From a virus (Duplodnaviria > Caudoviricetes), in the IMG/VR virus record IMGVR_UViG_3300043391_000491, positions 1-29,658 of that record: a stretch of DNA of 29,658 bases; one strand, given 5' to 3'. Positions 25,601-29,658 of the stretch are shown here, piece by piece. The notes under the pieces are model-generated. The model saw only the letters and a program-made list of their open reading frames with translations. It was not told where the DNA came from and made no database searches. The first letter of the stretch is position 1. Each line of letters opens with the position of its first letter. Position numbers and translations under genes: made by a program.

Positions 25601-27103
25601 TTAATTTCTAACTCCGCCAAAAGCCATATCGTTTGCACCAAAATTTCCCCACCAATTCACTTGAAACATACCAGGATAGTTAGTAGAGTAATAACCTCCG
25701 TGTAAATAAGTTCTGGCAGCAGGCGGACTAAAAACTCCTGTGCCGTTTGTAACTACTGAACCTGATCCAATAGAAGATGCAGAAGCTATGTTGGTATCAT
25801 TACTTGTTCCTACTATAGAAGCCGCAGCAGCTGTTCCAGTAAGCACTTTAGTTGTTACTGTATGGTCTGAATCATTTGGGTCAAAAGACCAAGCGTATGT
25901 TCTAAATGTATCGCCGTCACAGTTATCACTCCATCCACCGTGAAATCCTGTTCTTCCCCAAGCAAAATAAGGGTTTGATCTTGAAGTTTTTGTTTGACTT
26001 ACACTTATAAATTTTCTAGGATTTTCCAAACTCATGCAAAAAGCATTTAATCCTGGACCATAATAGTAATATGGCGTGTGTATCATTCCCCAAGTTCCAT
26101 CCCAAGTATGATTAAATTTTGTGTAATATTGACTACCTTGGTCACTCATATATCGAGTTGTTGTAGAACCTTGAAAATCTTGCCAAGAACCAAATTGTCT
26201 AGCCGCACCTGTAATTCCTAAAGATAATCCTGTATTACAGTTGAATACACCATATCTCATACTGTTACCATAAGCAGAACCAAATCCAACATAACCGTTA
26301 TTACCTACAACTGTAACCCAATCTTTATTGTTACCTGTTGTCCAAGTATCAGTAAAGTATTCAGTCGCCGTTAAATTATCAAAAAATTCTTTAATTGTTC
26401 TAACAGAATTTAAATCTTTTGATGATTTAAATATGTGAATAGTTTTTGCCGTTTCACTAGTTTCTCCACCTGAATGAACCATAACCAAAGTTTTAGTTGA
26501 TTCATTATATCCAGTACTTACAGCATATGTATTAGTTACGTTCAACATATGTGAAGTATAATTGTAATAACCTATTTGTCCAGAAGCATTATTTCCTGGA
26601 TTTAATTCTCTTAAAGTCTGCCTTCTGTTACAGAATAATCTTCTTGGTCGTATTCCTTCAGGAAGAACGTGATTAATTTTTGTCCATCCAACAGTAAACT
26701 CAAAACCTTCGGTTATATTATGGTAAGATTGCCATGTAATATCTCCAGCTCTGGAAAGAGTGTAATATTGTGCCCAAGGATATTGGTCTGTTTGATAGTT
26801 ACTTCTATTCCAAATAGTATAAGAGCCATAACCTTGTGATGTTAAGTCACCGTGTGTTACATCAGTACCAAAATCATTAGTAGTGTAACCATGCATAGCA
26901 TCACCGGTAATACCAAATCTATGGTGTGTTGTAGAATGTCCAGTTCCGCCCCAAGGATTTCCTACAATTTTATGGCCAGAATCAAAAATTCTAAATTGCC
27001 AATGTGTATTTCCATCGCCGCTATCACCTAAAAATCCATATAAAGGTAATCCTTCTTTACGGTGGTCAATTTTTTGTTGAAGTAAATTAATTAATCTAGC
27101 CAT
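25601..27103 (-). CDS. large Gly/Thr/Tyr/Trp-rich protein, cassette copy 2 (putative virion adhesin)
   Basis: 500 aa; colinear paralog of 27454-28965; beta-rich composition; GGAG SD. Confidence 0.6.
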   Translation of the reverse strand: MARLINLLQQKIDHRKEGLPLYGFLGDSGDGNTHWQFRIFDSGHKIVGNPWGGTGHSTTHHRFGITGDAMHGYTTNDFGTDVTHGDLTSQGYGSYTIWNRSNYQTDQYPWAQYYTLSRAGDITWQSYHNITEGFEFTVGWTKINHVLPEGIRPRRLFCNRRQTLRELNPGNNASGQIGYYNYTSHMLNVTNTYAVSTGYNESTKTLVMVHSGGETSETAKTIHIFKSSKDLNSVRTIKEFFDNLTATEYFTDTWTTGNNKDWVTVVGNNGYVGFGSAYGNSMRYGVFNCNTGLSLGITGAARQFGSWQDFQGSTTTRYMSDQGSQYYTKFNHTWDGTWGMIHTPYYYYGPGLNAFCMSLENPRKFISVSQTKTSRSNPYFAWGRTGFHGGWSDNCDGDTFRTYAWSFDPNDSDHTVTTKVLTGTAAAASIVGTSNDTNIASASSIGSGSVVTNGTGVFSPPAARTYLHGGYYSTNYPGMFQVNWWGNFGANDMAFGGVRN

Positions 27104-27106
27104 TGT

Positions 27107-27445
27107 TTATGCGTCTCCTGAATTATTATACGTAGCTTGTAAAGCTTTACGTTCATCTTCTTGTTTTTCCATTAATGCTAATATTAAATCTGCTTTTTCT
27201 TTGTTAGCTGCTGATTCAGCAGCGCTTTCATCAGCTCTTTGTTGTTGAGCTTGTGCTTCAGTTTTTCCAACGCCACCATAAACAATAACTTGGCTCGTTG
27301 ATAAATTTGCTTTTAATCTCCAGTGTTCAATATTATCAGGACAATTAATTGCTATAGCTCTTCCTTGGTTTACTGCTTCTTGACCCGCCACAGTTTTATC
27401 TGTTAAAATTGATCCGTCATGTGTATTAAAATATTTTATTGCCAT
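27107..27445 (-). CDS. small partner protein, cassette copy 1
   Basis: 112 aa; YFNTHDG...WRL...VYGGVGKTEAQA + coiled coil. Confidence 0.6.
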   Translation of the reverse strand: MAIKYFNTHDGSILTDKTVAGQEAVNQGRAIAINCPDNIEHWRLKANLSTSQVIVYGGVGKTEAQAQQQRADESAAESAANKEKADLILALMEKQEDERKALQATYNNSGDA

Positions 27446-27453
27446 ATTTTTTC

Positions 27454-28965
27454 CTAATTACTACCGTATAATCCTGTATATGAATGGTCACCGCCACCAT
27501 AGTTACCCCACCAATTTACTTGCATCATTAATGGATAGTTAGTAGAGTAATAACCTCCATGTAAAAAAGTTCTTGATGTAGGTACACCAAAAACTCCTGT
27601 TTTATTTACGATTACCGAACCTGAAGTAATAGTTGATGCCGCAGCTAAATTTGTATCATTACTTGCAGGTACTAGAGTACCAGCATTAGTTTCTCCATAA
27701 AGTACTTTAGTTGTTGTTGTGTGGTCTGAATCATTTGGGTCAAAAGACCAAGCGTATGTTCTGTGAGATATAGAATCACAATTTTCACTCCATCCACCAT
27801 GAAATCCTGTTCTGCCCCAAGCGAAATATGGATTACCTCTACTACTTCTTGTTACACTTACGCTTATGAATTTTCTAGGATTTTCTAAATTCATACAAAA
27901 AGCATTTATACCTACACCATAATAGTAGTAAGAACTATAAATCATTCCCCAAGTTCCGTCCCACGTATGATTAAATTTTGTGTAGTATAAAGATTGTTGA
28001 TTACTACTATATGAAGTTGTTGTAGAACCTTGAAAAGCTTGCCATGTTGAAAATTGTCTAGCCGCACCAGTAATTCCTAAAGATTGTCCAGTATTACAAT
28101 TGAACACTCCATAGTTCATAGTGTTACCATATTTTTGTCCAAATCCTACATAACCATTGTTACCTACAACCGTTACCCAATCTTTATTATTATCTGTTGT
28201 CCAAGTATCTGTAAAGTATTCAGTAGCCGTTAAGTTATCAAAAAATTCTTTAATTGTTTTTACTTTATTTAAACATACACTTGATTTAAATATATGAATA
28301 GTCATTGCTGTTGAAGTTGTTTCATTAGCTGAATGAAGCATAACCAACGTTTGCGTTTTTTCGTTGTATCCTGTGCTTACAGCATAATCGTTTACAACAC
28401 TTAACATATGTGAAGTATAATTGTAATATTGAATTTGTCCAGAAGCATTATTTCCTGCGTTCATTTCTCTTAAAGTCTGCCTTCTATTACAGAATAATCT
28501 TCTTGGTCTAATTCCTTCTGGAAGAACATGATTGATTTTTGTCCAACCTATTTGAAATTCTAAACTCTCCGTATATTGGTGATATGACTGCCAAGTAACA
28601 TATCCTGTTCTGGAAAGAGTATAATATTGTCCCCAAGGATATTGGTCTGTTTGATATATGCTCTTATTATAATTAGTCCAAGAGTCATAACCTTGTGTTG
28701 TTAAATCAGAATGGTTTATATCAGTACCAAAATCAGCACCGTGAGAATAAGCGTGCATACCATCACCACAAATACCAAATCTATAACTTGCTGTTGAATG
28801 TGTACCTTGTCCCCAAGGAGTTCCTACAACTTTATGGCCTGAATCAAAAATTCTAAATGACATATGTTCATTTTGGTCACCACTAGAACCCATAAGTCCG
28901 TATAAAGGTAAACCTTCTTTACGACTATCTGTTTTTGATAAAACTAATTGTGATATTGATGCCAT
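27454..28965 (-). CDS. large Gly/Thr/Tyr/Trp-rich protein, cassette copy 1 (putative virion adhesin)
   Basis: 503 aa; shares long identical blocks with 25601-27103, e.g. GWTKINHVLPEGIRPRRLFCNRRQTLRE and TIKEFFDNLTATEYFTDTWTT. Confidence 0.6.
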   Translation of the reverse strand: MASISQLVLSKTDSRKEGLPLYGLMGSSGDQNEHMSFRIFDSGHKVVGTPWGQGTHSTASYRFGICGDGMHAYSHGADFGTDINHSDLTTQGYDSWTNYNKSIYQTDQYPWGQYYTLSRTGYVTWQSYHQYTESLEFQIGWTKINHVLPEGIRPRRLFCNRRQTLREMNAGNNASGQIQYYNYTSHMLSVVNDYAVSTGYNEKTQTLVMLHSANETTSTAMTIHIFKSSVCLNKVKTIKEFFDNLTATEYFTDTWTTDNNKDWVTVVGNNGYVGFGQKYGNTMNYGVFNCNTGQSLGITGAARQFSTWQAFQGSTTTSYSSNQQSLYYTKFNHTWDGTWGMIYSSYYYYGVGINAFCMNLENPRKFISVSVTRSSRGNPYFAWGRTGFHGGWSENCDSISHRTYAWSFDPNDSDHTTTTKVLYGETNAGTLVPASNDTNLAAASTITSGSVIVNKTGVFGVPTSRTFLHGGYYSTNYPLMMQVNWWGNYGGGDHSYTGLYGSN

Positions 28966-29026
28966 AGTATTTTTTTCCTAAAATTTCTTGTTTTTAATTA
29001 TAAAAGTTTTTACTTTCATATTTAAA

Positions 29027-29656
29027 TTATGTTAATAACCATCCAATATAAGTTGATGTAACGTCTGGTGTAGTTTTAAATGTTAATCGAATAGTAGCGT
29101 AGCTTTGGTCGCAAGTTAAATTTGCATTATCACCTGCTATTTTATATCCACCAGCTTGAGCTACTGTAAGAGGGTTTGATGCCCAAGTTCCAAATGAATC
29201 AACAAATAATACTTGGTCATTATCTGCAGGAGCACTTGGTAAAGTCATAGTAAATGAAGCGGGAGTTGTGTTAATTATATATGCACCACCTGCGGCTGCC
29301 GTAAAATTGGCTTGTTTATATTCCCATAAAATTGAACTTGCAGAAGCCCAAATAGGATTTTGGCCAGCACCTTTAGTTTGTAAAACTTGTCCACTTGTTC
29401 CAGCTGGTAATCTTGCTACACCTGAAGCATCTCTATATAACAAATCACCATGAGTCGTAAGTGCTGTTACGTCTGCTCCTTTTTGGGCTAATTTACTCCA
29501 ATATGTTGCACTTGAAGTAGCGTTTCCTGTGGAAGCTAAAATACAAATAAATGTTTCTCCTCCAAATGTTACAATGTCATCTACTACATAAGCTGTAGAG
29601 TTATTGTAAGCACCTTGAAATACTGGTTTAATTCTTCCTAAATTGAGTGTTGCCAT
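29027..29656 (-). CDS. short tail fibre / fibre adaptor structural protein
   Basis: MATLNLGRIK..FQGAYNNSTAYVVDDIV N-terminus, GDLLY..ASGVARLPAGTSGQVL repeat, and C-terminal YIINTT...MTLPSAPADNDQVLFVD domain, all typical of aquatic T4-like fibre proteins. Confidence 0.75.
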   Translation of the reverse strand: MATLNLGRIKPVFQGAYNNSTAYVVDDIVTFGGETFICILASTGNATSSATYWSKLAQKGADVTALTTHGDLLYRDASGVARLPAGTSGQVLQTKGAGQNPIWASASSILWEYKQANFTAAAGGAYIINTTPASFTMTLPSAPADNDQVLFVDSFGTWASNPLTVAQAGGYKIAGDNANLTCDQSYATIRLTFKTTPDVTSTYIGWLLT

Positions 29657-29658
29657 AA

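Larger units (their letters stand above)
25249..28965. repeat. diverged tandem duplication, unit about 1.86 kb
   Basis: Two copies of the large+small gene pair; for example 41 identical bp at 25863-25903 and 27722-27762 (offset 1859). Confidence 0.92.

Noticed and set aside
25249-28965. Diversity-generating retroelement or invertible shufflon explanation for the duplication
   Set aside because: No reverse transcriptase or recombinase in the window, both copies are full-length same-strand genes, and differences are not confined to adenines.
1254-29453. All plus-strand ORFs in the track (e.g. 2465-2965, 10579-11001, 15260-15805, 23332-23814)
   Set aside because: They are antisense shadows of well-supported minus-strand genes, with Ser/Leu/Phe-rich unnatural composition and mostly non-ATG starts.
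1-29658. CRISPR array, tRNA, intron, intein or homing endonuclease
   Set aside because: No regular repeat-spacer pattern, cloverleaf or interrupted core gene seen; gp17, gp20, gp23, gp46 and uvsW are of normal length. This was checked by eye only.
1-29658. Alternative genetic code (stop codon reassignment)
   Set aside because: Core genes are full length under the standard code, and TAA, TAG and TGA all end genes at expected positions.

Overview
This window is a segment of an AT-rich (about 30% GC by eye) T4-like myophage genome of the aquatic, pelagiphage/cyanophage-like type. Every credible gene lies on the minus strand. In transcription order (right to left) it contains: a short fibre/adaptor protein; a tandemly duplicated two-gene cassette (about 500 aa + about 110 aa, twice); an accessory island (dUTPase-fold-like hypothetical, heme oxygenase, PcyX-type bilin reductase, predicted outer-membrane beta-barrel porin); the conserved T4 block gp13-14-15-16-(ParB-like)-17-18-19-20-(core/decoration ORFs)-21-22-23-gp3-uvsY-uvsW-(Sm-like)-gp55-47-46; peptide deformylase; a small SutA-like protein; and a DruA/DUF4338-like gene missing from the ORF track because it runs off the left edge. 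The regulatory architecture is clear. Four sigma70-type promoters share identical geometry (-35/17 nt/-10/6 nt/ATG, implying leaderless mRNAs), and there are several TATAAATA late promoters (some also leaderless), two intrinsic terminators, one strong antisense promoter, and a mini-ORF coupled to the portal gene. All product calls come from motif recognition by eye; no database search was run.
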